From Limisphaerales bacterium (lineage in GTDB: Bacteria; Verrucomicrobiota; Verrucomicrobiia; Limisphaerales; SXQI01), in contig JBGAGW010000010.1 of NCBI GenBank assembly GCA_044226545.1, forward strand, positions 73,706 to 137,705: DNA of 64,000 nt, given 5' to 3'. Made by a program: the position numbers and the translations under genes. The first letter of the stretch is position 1; every line of letters begins with the position of its first letter. The notes below the pieces were generated by a model. The model was not told the origin of the DNA, did not search any database, and saw nothing but the letters and a program-made list of their open reading frames with translations. Of the stretch, positions 1 through 10,400 are shown piece by piece.

Positions 1-354
1 CAATTCCGCCAACGTTTCGTAGCGTCGAATATCGAGATCCATTTCGACTCCCTTGAGCAGTTCATCGAAAAGCTGGAATGGGAGTTTGCGCCGCTCGATC
101 ACGGATTGCAGCTCGCGATTTACAGCGAATTGCGGCTGGCCTCCTTCGCACGCTTTCTGCACATCTTCACGCCACGCCTGGAGCTTCGCGCGTCGTGTGT
201 CGACCGGCACCGACTCCTCGTCGGCTACATCATCAATTTCCCGGCAGAATGCGTAAAGCGCAGCCATCTCGAAGCGTTTCTCCCGCGGCAACAGAATGAA
301 CGCGAGCGCAAGGTTCGAGGCACTCTTTTTTGTGATGCTCTGGCTGACCTCCAT
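1..354 (-). CDS. hpnD: Squalene/phytoene synthase family protein (HpnD-like), 5' part only, runs off the window start
   Basis: Not in the ORF track; translated by hand from ATG at 354: MEVSQSITKKSASNLALAFILLPREKRFEMAALYAFCREIDDVADE...LKGVEMDLDIRRYETLAEL. YAFCRxxDDxxD and GVEMDL are isoprenoid synthase (HpnD/CrtB) motifs. Confidence 0.85.
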   Translation of the reverse strand, partial: MEVSQSITKKSASNLALAFILLPREKRFEMAALYAFCREIDDVADEESVPVDTRRAKLQAWREDVQKACEGGQPQFAVNRELQSVIERRKLPFQLFDELLKGVEMDLDIRRYETLAEL

Positions 355-360
355 GATCGC

Positions 361-711
361 CTAGATCGTGGGGGTTTCCTCCGGATCGCGCGGTGGAGGC
401 AGGCCGCCCGTCTGCGAGAGGGTGGGATTCCGTTGCCGATGCTCTCTGCGACGAGAGCGCTTCTTTTTGCGATGCCGCTCTCGCCCATCTTCCGTGATGG
501 TCACTGCAGGGGTTGAAGATTTTGGCAAAGAACGATTTTCGGATGGATGCTTTCTGGGCCCGCGGACGAACACGATCCAACTGATCAGTCCGCCGAAAAG
601 AAGCGCGCCGAGTCCCAGAACCAGGATCATGTCCACGGCGACGAGTCCTGGCACCTTTGTATTCGGCAGGTCGACCGAAAGCGCCGCGAGCATGGGAGCG
701 AAAGAACTCAC
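361..711 (-). CDS. Small single-pass membrane protein with basic Arg/Lys-rich tail
   Basis: One hydrophobic segment (MILVLGLGALLFGGLISWIVFV), then RHRKKKRSRRREHRQRNPTLSQTGGLPP; overlaps the upstream regulator by 4 nt. Confidence 0.7.
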   Translation of the reverse strand: MSSFAPMLAALSVDLPNTKVPGLVAVDMILVLGLGALLFGGLISWIVFVRGPRKHPSENRSLPKSSTPAVTITEDGRERHRKKKRSRRREHRQRNPTLSQTGGLPPPRDPEETPTI

Positions 712-2138
712 GCCCGCGCTCCTTCTTTCACCGCTGGGATGATCGTCGTATCCTCATCGACACCCACACTGATGCTCAATCGCTGCATGCGGTAACGCAA
801 AGCGTGACGGCTGATCTTCAACTGCTCGGCCGTTTTGGTCAGGCTATAATGATTCTGTTCCAACAAGTTTGTAATGAGTTCCTTCTCAAAATTAGCCACT
901 GATTCATCCAGTGACAAAGCTCCATTCAATACAGGGGCTTCCCCTTTTCGCAAGCGCGTTTCGGTGTGAAAATCAGGCAGGCTGGTGGTCTGGATTTCAT
1001 CGGTCGCCTCCAAAATGACCGCGCGTTCAATGACATTGCGCAGCTCACGAACATTTCCGGGCCAATGATGCGACAGTAATTGCTGTTGCGCGTGTTTGGA
1101 GATGCCCTTGATCGCCTTGTTCATCGAAACGGCGAAAAACCTCAGAAAATGCTCGGCCAACAGTAACACGTCATTCCCACGCTCCCGCAAGGCTGGGGGC
1201 CGAAACTGGACGACGTTCAGCCGATGATAAAGGTCCTCTCTAAACTGGTTCTGCCGAATCGCATCGATAATATCGCGATTGGTCGCGGCAATGAGACGAA
1301 CGTCCACTTTGAGTTCCTGGTTACCTCCGACACGAGTGAATGTCCCATCCTCCAGGAAGCGCAGAAGCTTCGCCTGAAGCGGGCGACTCATATCGCCGAT
1401 CTCATCCAGAAAAATAGTGCCTCCGTCCGCCTCTTCTACTCGACCGTGCTTCTGCCGAAGGGCACCCGTGAATGAACCCTTTTCGTGGCCGAAAAGCTCG
1501 CTTTCCAGAAGCAACTCCGGAATAGCCGCGCAGTTGATGCGCACATAATGTCCTTGCGACCGCCTGCTCAAGCTGTGAAGCGAGCCGGCGATCAGTTCCT
1601 TCCCTGTCCCGCTCTCTCCCAGGATCAAAACGGTTGCCTGGGTCGGTGCCACAGTCTGGATGAGTTGCTTCAACTCTTTCATCCGCGGTGACTCACCGAT
1701 GATTTGTTCCAGGCGGTACGCTTCGCCCGCTCGCGCCTTGAGTGCGGCGTTTTCAGTGAGAAGTTTGTGGCGTTCGGCGCAACGCGACACCGCGTGCAGC
1801 AACTCTTCCGGCGCAAACGGCTTCGCCAGATAATCGATCGCCCCCGCTTTAATCGCCTCGACCGCGAGCTTGGGCGTGGCGTAAGCCGTGATCATCAGGA
1901 CAGGCAGATTCGGATGCTTCGTTTTGACGTGACTGAGGAATTCATAACCGCTCATTCCACCCAGTCGGGCGTCCGTGATCACCATGAAGAATTCTTCCTG
2001 GCCAAGCACGCGCAGCGCTTCTTCCGCGGAGTCCACTGCGCGATACTGGTAGCCTTCTTCGCTCATGATCGTTTCGAGCGATAGACGCATGTTCTTCTCG
2101 TCGTCGATGACAAGTAATGGAGGCAGAGTGTTGGTCAT
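708..2138 (-). CDS. Sigma54-dependent NtrC-family response regulator (REC-AAA+-HTH)
   Basis: Receiver (VIDDE, ITDARL, YLAKPF), Walker [42 protein letters not shown]-terminal Fis-type HTH. Confidence 0.95.
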   Translation of the reverse strand: MTNTLPPLLVIDDEKNMRLSLETIMSEEGYQYRAVDSAEEALRVLGQEEFFMVITDARLGGMSGYEFLSHVKTKHPNLPVLMITAYATPKLAVEAIKAGAIDYLAKPFAPEELLHAVSRCAERHKLLTENAALKARAGEAYRLEQIIGESPRMKELKQLIQTVAPTQATVLILGESGTGKELIAGSLHSLSRRSQGHYVRINCAAIPELLLESELFGHEKGSFTGALRQKHGRVEEADGGTIFLDEIGDMSRPLQAKLLRFLEDGTFTRVGGNQELKVDVRLIAATNRDIIDAIRQNQFREDLYHRLNVVQFRPPALRERGNDVLLLAEHFLRFFAVSMNKAIKGISKHAQQQLLSHHWPGNVRELRNVIERAVILEATDEIQTTSLPDFHTETRLRKGEAPVLNGALSLDESVANFEKELITNLLEQNHYSLTKTAEQLKISRHALRYRMQRLSISVGVDEDTTIIPAVKEGARA

Positions 2139-3586
2139 TTGCGTACGGTAAATACGGTCTTGGCAGGCAACCTTACAATAAAACAGGCTCCTTTGCCCGG
2201 CTCAGACTGCACCTCGACGGTGCCGTGGTAGAGTTCGGTGTTGTGTTTGACGATGGCCAGCCCCAAGCCGGTCCCCTTATCTTTCGTCGTAAAATAAGCT
2301 TCAAAAACCTTGCCGAGTTTTTCGCGCGGAATACCGGGACCATTGTCCTTAATCGTAACGACGACGGAATAATCATCGCCATACCGGGCGCCGACTTCAA
2401 TTTCCCCCTGGCCATTCATCGCTTCGCGCGCGTTCTGGAGAAGATTCACGAACGCTTCCGAAAGATGCCCACGTTGCGCGAGAATCGGAGGAAGGGCCGC
2501 GCCGTAATTCCGTTTGATCGCGACTTCGTATTTCGCGGCGGAAGGAAAGACCTGGTCAATCGCGCGATCCAGTTCCTCGGTTATGTCGAGCTTCTCGACC
2601 TGACCTTCGGAAAGGCGCGCGTATCCCATCAACTCGGTAATGATCCGGTCGGACCGCTCCACTTCCTCCCGAATAATGCGAATCTGCTGAGTAATCGTTT
2701 TCCCCTCTTTAACCGTTTTCTGTAGCGTGTACGCAGCATTGTTAATAATCCCGAGCGGGTTCTTCAGTTGATGCGCGATTTCAGCGGCCAGCCGTCCAGC
2801 GGCCTGAAGCTGTTCCTGGCGCAGATTATATTCCTGCGCTTCTTCATTGGCGCGCCGTTGTTTTTCCAGCAGCACCTGCACGCCGTAACAGCAAATCGTC
2901 ACCAACACCAGCAACAACAGCCGCAGTAAGAACGGTTCATTCCAGGGACTCGTCGCCCCCTCGAATTCAAAGCTCTTCCGCAACAACTCATCCTTCAGGT
3001 AAAACGAAATCTCCTTCTGCTGAACGACATAATCCGCCAGTCCGGCCAGCAAATACGAGGCGCTGACACCCAGATTCAGGGTTAATTGGCTCGCCGCACT
3101 TGGAATGCTGATCGTGTTACGTACGATCAGCACCAAAAACACCCAGTAAAGGTACGGGTTTTTGAATCCTTCCGTGACAAGGGTAAGGGCCGCCAGAAAA
3201 ATTGAATCCGAGAGACAGTTCGCAAACACGATCCGCTGGATCGCGCGAAACGAAAAATGACGCATACCGATCAGCAGCGTGGCGAACGCACCGTTCAGAA
3301 TGATGTAGCCGAGAAAGATCGGCGGAATGAACTGCAGCAATCGCTCCTGCGGCGCCACTCGCGGTCCGCCAGAAGTGATGACTTTGATCCAATTCGAAAG
3401 GAAAAAGTAATAGATAAGGACGCCCAGCACCGCCGCCTTCACCGGAAGGCCAACGTTGCGTTCGACCGTCCGAATCCGTGAGAGCTGGACATCCGGCGGC
3501 GGCGCGCGCAAATCCAGAAGCTTCGGGAGCTTCTTGATATTCTGCCACTGCAATAAACTGAGCCGCTTTTCGCTCACTGGGACCAC
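2135..3586 (-). CDS. Membrane sensor histidine kinase
   Basis: Multiple TM helices, H-box AHQLKNPL, NLLQNAREA, DNGPGI, FTTK, GTGLGL; 4-nt overlap with the regulator. Confidence 0.95.
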   Translation of the reverse strand: MVPVSEKRLSLLQWQNIKKLPKLLDLRAPPPDVQLSRIRTVERNVGLPVKAAVLGVLIYYFFLSNWIKVITSGGPRVAPQERLLQFIPPIFLGYIILNGAFATLLIGMRHFSFRAIQRIVFANCLSDSIFLAALTLVTEGFKNPYLYWVFLVLIVRNTISIPSAASQLTLNLGVSASYLLAGLADYVVQQKEISFYLKDELLRKSFEFEGATSPWNEPFLLRLLLLVLVTICCYGVQVLLEKQRRANEEAQEYNLRQEQLQAAGRLAAEIAHQLKNPLGIINNAAYTLQKTVKEGKTITQQIRIIREEVERSDRIITELMGYARLSEGQVEKLDITEELDRAIDQVFPSAAKYEVAIKRNYGAALPPILAQRGHLSEAFVNLLQNAREAMNGQGEIEVGARYGDDYSVVVTIKDNGPGIPREKLGKVFEAYFTTKDKGTGLGLAIVKHNTELYHGTVEVQSEPGKGACFIVRLPAKTVFTVRK

Positions 3587-3699
3587 CGTAACTGCCAGAT
3601 TAAAGCAATTCCAATGCCCGCTGGCACGATTTTTGTGTGCGAAAGCAAATCCAAAAGCTTGCCCTCCACCCGTCCACCCTCGATAAAGAGCTCTTTCGC

Positions 3700-4632
3700 A
3701 TGGAACAGCGCCTGTTGGGAAAGACTGGACTGAAACTGCCGATCCTCAGCTTTGGAGCCTCATCGCTTGGCCAGGAGTTTCGCTGTGTGACTGTCGATGA
3801 AGCACTTCGGTCGGTGCACGTGGCTCTGGATTGTGGTCTCAATTTCATCGACACCTCCCCGTTTTATGGCCGAGGCATGAGCGAAGTCCTGTTGGGAGTC
3901 GCGCTGCGTGGCCTTCCGCGAGATCGTTATCTGCTTTGCACTAAATTGGGTCGCTATGACTTGCAGCATTTCGACTTCAGCGCCAAACGCGTTGCGGAAA
4001 GCGTGGATGTTAGTCTGCATCGGCTCGGGACAGATCATCTGGATATCGTCCTCTGTCACGATATCGAATTTGTGAAAATGCAGCAGATCGTGGACGAAAC
4101 GATTCCTGCGCTGCGCAACGCGCAACAGGCCGGCAAGGTTCGATTCATCGGCTTCAGCGGTTATCCGCAGAAAATCTTTCGGTTCATCTGCGATCAAACG
4201 GATGTCGACTGCGTGTTGAGCTACAATCAATACACGTTGCAAAACACTCGTTTTGCCGATGAGACCGTTCCGTACTTGAAAAGCAAGGGTATCGGAGCAA
4301 TGAACGCCGGGCCGTTCAGCGCGCGTCTCTTGACGAACGCTTCCCTGCCCGCCTGGCTCAAAGAACCAGAAAAGGTCAAAGCCGCTGCCCGAGAGGCGGC
4401 CGCGCTTTGCGCGACGCGCGGATCGGACATCGCGAAATTGGCACTGCAATTCTCCTGCGCCAATCCCGACATCGCCACCACCATCGCGGGATCGGCGAAT
4501 CCCGACAATATTCGACGTTGGGCCCAATGGATCGCCGAACCGATCGACCAGGAGCTATTGAAGGATGTGCAAAAGATTTTTGCGCCCGTCAAAAATATCG
4601 GGCACGTCGAGGGATTGGCGGAGAATAACTGA
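3700..4632 (+). CDS. Aldo/keto reductase, L-galactose/D-threo-aldose dehydrogenase-like
   Basis: LSFGASSLG, GLNFIDTSPFYGRGMSE, LCTKLGRY, HDIEF, TTIAGSAN; start moved to ATG 3700. Confidence 0.9.
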   Translation: MEQRLLGKTGLKLPILSFGASSLGQEFRCVTVDEALRSVHVALDCGLNFIDTSPFYGRGMSEVLLGVALRGLPRDRYLLCTKLGRYDLQHFDFSAKRVAESVDVSLHRLGTDHLDIVLCHDIEFVKMQQIVDETIPALRNAQQAGKVRFIGFSGYPQKIFRFICDQTDVDCVLSYNQYTLQNTRFADETVPYLKSKGIGAMNAGPFSARLLTNASLPAWLKEPEKVKAAAREAAALCATRGSDIAKLALQFSCANPDIATTIAGSANPDNIRRWAQWIAEPIDQELLKDVQKIFAPVKNIGHVEGLAENN

Positions 4633-4677
4633 ACCCAAAGAGAGTAAGAGTAGGACTAGGATTACGAGTAGGATGAT

Positions 4678-5706
4678 ATGAAGGCCCTCCAGTTGGAAAA
4701 GCCCGAACATTGGCGTACTGTTGATATTCCGCATCCGGATTCGCCAGGGCCCGGAGAAGCTCTCGTGCGAGTTCATCGCATCGGCATTTGCGGCACCGAT
4801 ATTTCCGGTTATCTCGGAAAAATGCCCTTCTTCAGCTATCCACGAATTCCCGGGCACGAACTGGGTGTCGAGGTTCTTGAGATCGGCAACGAAGTGCGCA
4901 ATATCAAGGCTGGCGACCGCTGCTCGGTCGAACCTTACATGAACTGTCAGCGTTGCTATGCCTGTGAGCAAGGCCACACCAATTGCTGCGAAAACCTCAA
5001 GGTGCTCGGCGTGATGGTGGACGGTGGCATGACCGAAAAAATGGTTCTGCCGGCGCGCAAGCTCCATCCGGCCAACAAGCTAACACCGGATCAATGCGCC
5101 CTGGTCGAAACCCTCGCGATCGGCTGTCATGCCGTCAATCGCGGCAATCCGAAAGCCGGAGAAAGCGTGCTCGTGATTGGCGCGGGCCCGATTGGCCTTT
5201 CTGTCTTGGAGTTCGTGAAACTCTCCGGAGCACGAGCCATCGTCATGGACATGGTCGAAAAGCGCCTTGAATTCTGCCGCACTAAAATGGGCATCCAACA
5301 CACCGTGCTTTCCAAAGGCGACGGAACCGAAATCGACAAGCTCAGAGAGGTCACCGATGGGCATCTGCCGGACCTCGTGATCGATGCGACCGGCAGCAAC
5401 AAATCGATGAGCAACGCACTGGGTTATTGCGCATTCGCCGGCCGGCTGGTTTATGTCGGCATCACGCAACAGGAAATCTCCTTCCTGCATGCACCGGTGA
5501 TGCATCGCAGGGAGCTAACGCTCCTCGCCTCGCGCAACGCTCTGCCTGCCGACTTCACGCGCATCATTCAGCTCATCGAAGAAGGCAGGATCGATACGCG
5601 ACCCTGGATCACCCACCGCAGCGGTTTTTCGGATCTCGTAAAAAACTTCCCCGCCTATACCAAACCGGAAACGGGAGTAATCAAAGCGATTGTAACGGTT
5701 GAGTGA
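4678..5706 (+). CDS. Zinc-binding alcohol dehydrogenase, L-galactonate/L-gulonate dehydrogenase-like
   Basis: GICGTD, GHELG, CQRCYACEQGHTNCC structural zinc site, GAGPIG. Confidence 0.9.
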   Translation: MKALQLEKPEHWRTVDIPHPDSPGPGEALVRVHRIGICGTDISGYLGKMPFFSYPRIPGHELGVEVLEIGNEVRNIKAGDRCSVEPYMNCQRCYACEQGHTNCCENLKVLGVMVDGGMTEKMVLPARKLHPANKLTPDQCALVETLAIGCHAVNRGNPKAGESVLVIGAGPIGLSVLEFVKLSGARAIVMDMVEKRLEFCRTKMGIQHTVLSKGDGTEIDKLREVTDGHLPDLVIDATGSNKSMSNALGYCAFAGRLVYVGITQQEISFLHAPVMHRRELTLLASRNALPADFTRIIQLIEEGRIDTRPWITHRSGFSDLVKNFPAYTKPETGVIKAIVTVE

Positions 5707-5712
5707 GCGTGG

Positions 5713-5779
5713 GGAGCGCGCGACATTCTTGTCCGCAAGTCGTCCGGCCAATGCATGCGGACAAAAACATTCGTGCTGC
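5713..5779. repeat. REP-like palindromic element, GGAGCGCGGACATTCTTGTCCGC family, copy 1
   Basis: Left arm ggagcgcgcgacattcttgtccgca, imperfect right arm tgcggacaaaaacattcgtgctgc; second copy at 16961-17067. Confidence 0.65.
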
Positions 5780-5934
5780 ATTACCCGCGTTTCGAAGGAG
5801 TGACCTTGCCGCGCTTCCGCTTGCCCGCCAGTGCTTCGGTAACTTTCTTCGCGTAATGCGGGAGAGCCTTACCTCGTTCCCGAGCTTGCTGTTCCTTCTT
5901 TGCTTCGTCGCGAGGGTTTTTAGACATCGTAATC

Positions 5935-6897
5935 CTATTGCGTCTCGCCGCGCGTCACTCGCATGAAGACTTCTTCGAGCCCGAGCTCATCTTCCCACAA
6001 ACCTGTCACTTTCGCCCCGCCCCGCACCAGTGTATCCGCGAGAAAGCTTGGATCGGTGTCATGGCTGGTGAGAGTGACTTTCATTTGGCCATCCACGCGC
6101 GAAATCTCGGCGACCTCCGGCCGCGACTTCAGCATTTGCATCGCCTGATCGGTATCGGTCGCAACCTTCACCCAATAAATCTGGCCTCCTGCCATCTGAT
6201 CCCGCACGCCTTGAACCGGGCCGCTGTAGATCAGCTTGCCCTTCTCGATGATCGCGACCCGATTACACAACGTCTGCAACTCGCTCAAGATGTGAGAGGA
6301 AATGATGATCGTTTTGCCCATGCGCTGCAGTTCTTGCAGAATCGCCATCATTTCAATGCGGGCCCGGGGGTCGAGACCTGAGGCCGGTTCGTCCAGGAGC
6401 AGCAATTGCGGATCATGAATCAGAACGCGAGCAAGACCGAGACGCTGCTGCATGCCGCGGCTGAGTGCGCCAATCAGCGAGCCCTTCTTTTCACTCAGAC
6501 CGACCAATTCGAGCACGTCGTTTACCGTCTTTTCGCGCTGAACCGCAGGAATTTTGTAACAGGCTCCGAAGAAATCGAGGTACTCCGTCACCTCCATGTC
6601 CTTGTACACACCAAAGAAATCCGGCATGTAACCAATAATGTGCCGCACCCGATCAGCATCGTGTACCACGTCATGGCCGAGCACTTCAGCTTTCCCGCCG
6701 GACGGCGCAAGAAACGTCGCCAAAATTCGCAAGGTCGTCGTTTTGCCGGCACCGTTCGACCCAATAAAACCAAACAGGTCGCCGCGGTTCACGGTGAGCG
6801 TCAGTGAATTGAGCGCGATCATGCTGCCGTAAACGCGGGTGAGGGCAGTCGTCTGGACGGCAGGTACAGAGTTCTCGACGGGAGTTTCTATGGCCAT
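5935..6897 (-). CDS. ABC transporter ATP-binding protein
   Basis: Walker A GSNGAGKTT, signature LSRGMQQR, Walker B LLLDEP, SSHIL; start at MAIETP because the ORF-track extension lies in a repeat. Confidence 0.95.
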   Translation of the reverse strand: MAIETPVENSVPAVQTTALTRVYGSMIALNSLTLTVNRGDLFGFIGSNGAGKTTTLRILATFLAPSGGKAEVLGHDVVHDADRVRHIIGYMPDFFGVYKDMEVTEYLDFFGACYKIPAVQREKTVNDVLELVGLSEKKGSLIGALSRGMQQRLGLARVLIHDPQLLLLDEPASGLDPRARIEMMAILQELQRMGKTIIISSHILSELQTLCNRVAIIEKGKLIYSGPVQGVRDQMAGGQIYWVKVATDTDQAMQMLKSRPEVAEISRVDGQMKVTLTSHDTDPSFLADTLVRGGAKVTGLWEDELGLEEVFMRVTRGETQ

Positions 6898-6914
6898 GGG
6901 AATATTGGATTTAG

Positions 6915-6988
6915 ACCACGAATGGACACGAATAGACACCCATTCCAACAGCCATGTCTAGTCGTGTGCATTCGTGTTTATTCGTGGT
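6915..6988. repeat. CACGAAT-type inverted-repeat element (MITE/REP), short copy
   Basis: Arms accacgaatggacacgaat (6915-6933) and attcgtgtttattcgtggt (6970-6988), 17/19 complementary. Confidence 0.8.
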
Positions 6989-9153
6989 TAATGAATCGGC
7001 ACAGTCAGCCGCAACATCGTGTCCTGCTTGAAACGCGGTGGCGAAAAATTGTTCATCTTCTCCGTGAGACTGAAGCCCGGCAGCCACGCGAAGACCACCG
7101 CATCACCCCGTTCCACCTGCGATGCAATATCCAGCCCGGGCGGTGAAACGAATGACCGACCCGGTTGTTGCTCGTCCAGATACGAAATGAGTGACGCAGT
7201 CACCGCGGTAACCGGCCGGTTTTCGAGCCGGCCCCCGGCAGTATCACCCATCACGTTCCGGCGAATATCGACCGCACGTTGAAAATACGCACCGTTTTCC
7301 CGGACGAATTGACGAACGTCGACCCCCTTCGATGGCTCAAGCGGGATGATCTTGCGAACGTTTGGCTGAATCGTCTCGACCTCGTAAATATTCTTCCCTG
7401 CCACCACCCGAAGTTCAGAAAGCGGACGATTCAAAAGATTTTCGATTTCCAACTGGTAGCCATTCCCCGACGTCGTGACTGACGCGATAAAGGGCGTGTC
7501 GTTGGTTTTGTACCATTCGCTCGAATAAAGAAGGCTCGTCCAGACCGGCACGAAAACCTCCGCTTTATACGTGTTCCCTTGCTGGATAATTCTGAGCCGA
7601 TCGTTCTTGGGGCCGCCGCGAAAATCCGCGAGCTCCGGACGAAGGGCGGCATGTCCGGGTTGGCCGTTAATCGGATAGGTCGCGTTACCCGACGAATAGA
7701 TGGAGATGTAGGTCTGGCCTCGCAGATCAACTTTGTCACCGCGCGGAAGAACATCGACAAGATTAAGTTCGTTCCACTCGGTCTCACCGGCGCGGAGTTT
7801 GTAACCGATAAAATAAATGAGCAGTGAGAAAAGGACCACGTACGTCGGAAACGTTATCCACGTGAGCATTTGTTTGCCGATCTTCTTCAGCCACCATTGA
7901 TCAAAAGGACCGATTACAACAAGGTAGACCACCAGCAACAGTAGCAACCAGGTGACCGGCAATTTCTTGATCTGACGGCTGTCGATCAGCGCGCCGAAAA
8001 TTCCATCCACGCTCACCCCGCCCCATCCCACGTTTTCCGCCGTCGAGAAGTAATCAGCCGGAATACCGGCGAGCCGCGCCCAAAAGTAATGGCGGCCTTT
8101 CCAACTGCGGAATGGCTCGCGCTCCGGGCTGAAGGTGAGCAACGTCACCTTGCCCCGTCCCCGCGGCGCTTCCACCGCGAGAGGCTGGCCCTCTACCGAG
8201 ATGAGCGCTTTTCCGTCTTTCACTTTCCCGGTAGCGACTGCCATCTCAGCATTGTTGAAGCTGGAATCCACCGGCAGATCGCCGTAGCTACCACCGAGGA
8301 CCTGAGCGTTCCGGCGTCCGCGCCGCGTTTGCGGATTCTCAGAGGGGCGTCCTTGAACATAACCGATTATCTCCTGGTCCACCTTCATGGTCTTCGCATC
8401 GGAAAGGTCCATCGGAACGAATTGCTTGAGCCATGGCGTCCCCGCGAAATCGCCTGCTTGTTCGGTGGCAACAACGAGATGCCCGCCCGCACGAACCCAA
8501 GCGAGCAACGCCGTGACTTGATTCACCTTCAGGTCCGGAGCCTTTTCGGAACTGAGATAGAAAGCGTTCAAACCCTCCAACGTGATCGGATTGTCCGGAA
8601 ACTGATCGAGCGTCATCCGCGCGACCTCCGGCTTGAGGTCTCCCCGGTTATTCTTCATTTCGGGAAACACCGGACTGCCACCGAAAGTTCGAGGCAAAGC
8701 GCCCATGATCGTGCTTTCAAGCGCGATGACCTTTGTCGTGGCAATCCGGGGATCAAGCCCGCGAATCGGTTTACCGCCGCTGTCCAAGAGTTTGCCCGTC
8801 CACGTTTCCTGCCCCCCGAAACGGCTGGCGCTGGAAGCGAACATCGGAATAACGATTCGTTTCCGAGTGTTGGTGGGCAGTTCCACCGGAACCTGGCGGA
8901 CCTGCTCCCCGCCAAATTGACCGCCCGAGACCTCGATGATCGCGTTAAATGAAGGTCCGTCGTTATTGATTTCGCAGGTAATGGGGAACCAGGCCGCCTC
9001 GTGAATGGTCGATTCGTAGCCCGGGAGAACGTCAAACTGAATCGCCCCGCGCGCCGGGGAAAGCAGCGCCAGCAAGCCGACCAGCCAGATTGCCATTCTC
9101 ATTCGGTTCGTAAGCAGATGCACTTTTCTAGGTTCCAACCCGCTGACATGCAA
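6988..9153 (-). CDS. Membrane-anchored ABC-associated protein with extracytoplasmic and amidotransferase-like domains
   Basis: Signal-like N-terminus, central TM hairpin (LPVTWLLLLLVVYLVVIGP...FSLLIYFIG), co-directional with the ABC ATPase. Confidence 0.75.
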   Translation of the reverse strand: MHVSGLEPRKVHLLTNRMRMAIWLVGLLALLSPARGAIQFDVLPGYESTIHEAAWFPITCEINNDGPSFNAIIEVSGGQFGGEQVRQVPVELPTNTRKRIVIPMFASSASRFGGQETWTGKLLDSGGKPIRGLDPRIATTKVIALESTIMGALPRTFGGSPVFPEMKNNRGDLKPEVARMTLDQFPDNPITLEGLNAFYLSSEKAPDLKVNQVTALLAWVRAGGHLVVATEQAGDFAGTPWLKQFVPMDLSDAKTMKVDQEIIGYVQGRPSENPQTRRGRRNAQVLGGSYGDLPVDSSFNNAEMAVATGKVKDGKALISVEGQPLAVEAPRGRGKVTLLTFSPEREPFRSWKGRHYFWARLAGIPADYFSTAENVGWGGVSVDGIFGALIDSRQIKKLPVTWLLLLLVVYLVVIGPFDQWWLKKIGKQMLTWITFPTYVVLFSLLIYFIGYKLRAGETEWNELNLVDVLPRGDKVDLRGQTYISIYSSGNATYPINGQPGHAALRPELADFRGGPKNDRLRIIQQGNTYKAEVFVPVWTSLLYSSEWYKTNDTPFIASVTTSGNGYQLEIENLLNRPLSELRVVAGKNIYEVETIQPNVRKIIPLEPSKGVDVRQFVRENGAYFQRAVDIRRNVMGDTAGGRLENRPVTAVTASLISYLDEQQPGRSFVSPPGLDIASQVERGDAVVFAWLPGFSLTEKMNNFSPPRFKQDTMLRLTVPIH

Positions 9154-9212
9154 CGGAATTCTCTCCTCTTTGACCAGCGCGGGCTGGTTTTGCTCACGAA
9201 GAAACTCTCCCG

Positions 9213-9497
9213 CTACTTACTCGGGCCTTGGCGAACCTTTTCCTTCTTCTCTTCCAGTTCCGCCTGCAGGGATTTGCGTTCGCTCACGAGTTGCCTCTGC
9301 AATTGCTGCACCGCCTCGAAATCACCGCCCGCTTCCGCTTTGGCCAACTCCCCTTTCAGGAAAATCTCGCGTTGCGCGATCTTCGAGGCGTACAGCGAAT
9401 CCAGCTCAGCCAATTCCTTCTTTTGTTCGTCGTTCAACTTCACTGCCGGAGCGGACTTGCTCAATCGCTCCATCGCCAACTCGTACGCTGATTTCAT
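9213..9497 (-). CDS. Small coiled-coil hypothetical protein (MKSAYELAMERL type)
   Basis: Clean 94-aa helical ORF with a typical start; no function assigned. Confidence 0.75.
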   Translation of the reverse strand: MKSAYELAMERLSKSAPAVKLNDEQKKELAELDSLYASKIAQREIFLKGELAKAEAGGDFEAVQQLQRQLVSERKSLQAELEEKKEKVRQGPSK

Positions 9498-9761
9498 ACG
9501 CCAGATTGTGCACGGACCGGCCTCCCGGTCAAACCAGCACCGTTTGAACAGTTCGACTCAAACCGGGTCAGTTGCCTTGTCGCGAACAGAGCCGCGACCG
9601 TAAGGGAGCGCTTCGATGCGAGCGAAGAATAGGTAACGCCCATTTGTCCGGTCTCTCCCTCACACTCTGAGCTCTGCTTTCGCCCGCTTCGCGCCGCACT
9701 CCGTATGATCCTCAGTTTCGATCGCAACCACAGTTTAACCGATGGAACTCCCTGAAAGGAA

Positions 9762-9848
9762 CTCCCGGAGGGAGCTTTGAAAATAGCCCGGCGTTTAAAC
9801 GTCGGGTCCGCGATTCTTTTGAACGGAGTCCCGAAGGGACGACTGAAT
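9762..9848. repeat. REP element, GAAAATAGCCC / GTCCCGxAGGGAC class
   Basis: ctcccggagggag, gaaaatagcccggcgtttaaacgtcggg, agtcccgaagggac; related copies at 49724-49770 and 55501-55578. Confidence 0.65.
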
Positions 9849-9854
9849 GATCAC

Positions 9855-10400
9855 TTACACAAAACGCGCACACACGTAGCTTAACGGCAGTGCGAGAAGC
9901 GCCGCCAAAAAATCATCCACCGTCAGCCCCCAACCCTTAGGAAGATTCTGCGAACGTCCCACGATCCACGGTTTGGACACATCAAAAAATCGAAATGCCG
10001 CAAACGCCACGAACAGAACCAACCATCGCTTGCCGTGAAAAAAATAGCTGAAAGGAACAACCCCTGTCACCAGCAATGCCCCGCCAAACGCCACCGGTAA
10101 CGCAGTAATTTCGTCGATCACGATTGAACCAGGATCCTTTCTGTTGAGAATCTTTTCAGCTCGCCCCCCCAGCCAGACCGACGCGAAAAAACCTGCGATC
10201 GTTCCCACACAAAAAAACAACCCGCTGCCCGGCAGCAGCAAAAGATATATCCACACGAAGCCCACCAGAGTGCCAACCGTTCCCGGTGCCACCGAAACAC
10301 GTCCGCTGCCGAAACCTTCCGCAACAAACACAATCACTCTTTCAGCGGCAGTCAGTCGCCCCGGTTCCACGCTTGGCTCCAGCTTCACTTTAACCACCAA
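9855..10400 (-). CDS. pgpA: Phosphatidylglycerophosphatase A
   Basis: APGTVGT, DPGSIVIDE, FRFFDVSKPW, GLTVDDFLA; exact start uncertain. Confidence 0.92.
   Translation of the reverse strand: MVVKVKLEPSVEPGRLTAAERVIVFVAEGFGSGRVSVAPGTVGTLVGFVWIYLLLLPGSGLFFCVGTIAGFFASVWLGGRAEKILNRKDPGSIVIDEITALPVAFGGALLVTGVVPFSYFFHGKRWLVLFVAFAAFRFFDVSKPWIVGRSQNLPKGWGLTVDDFLAALLALPLSYVCARFV

Noticed and set aside
3622-3636. Sigma54-like site TGGCAC-GATTT-TTGT upstream of the AKR gene
   Set aside because: The -12 element reads GT rather than the near-invariant GC; not supportable despite the adjacent NtrC-type regulator.
9494-9727. 77-aa minus-strand ORF upstream of the MKSAYEL gene
   Set aside because: Composition is not protein-like and there is no motif; probably intergenic.
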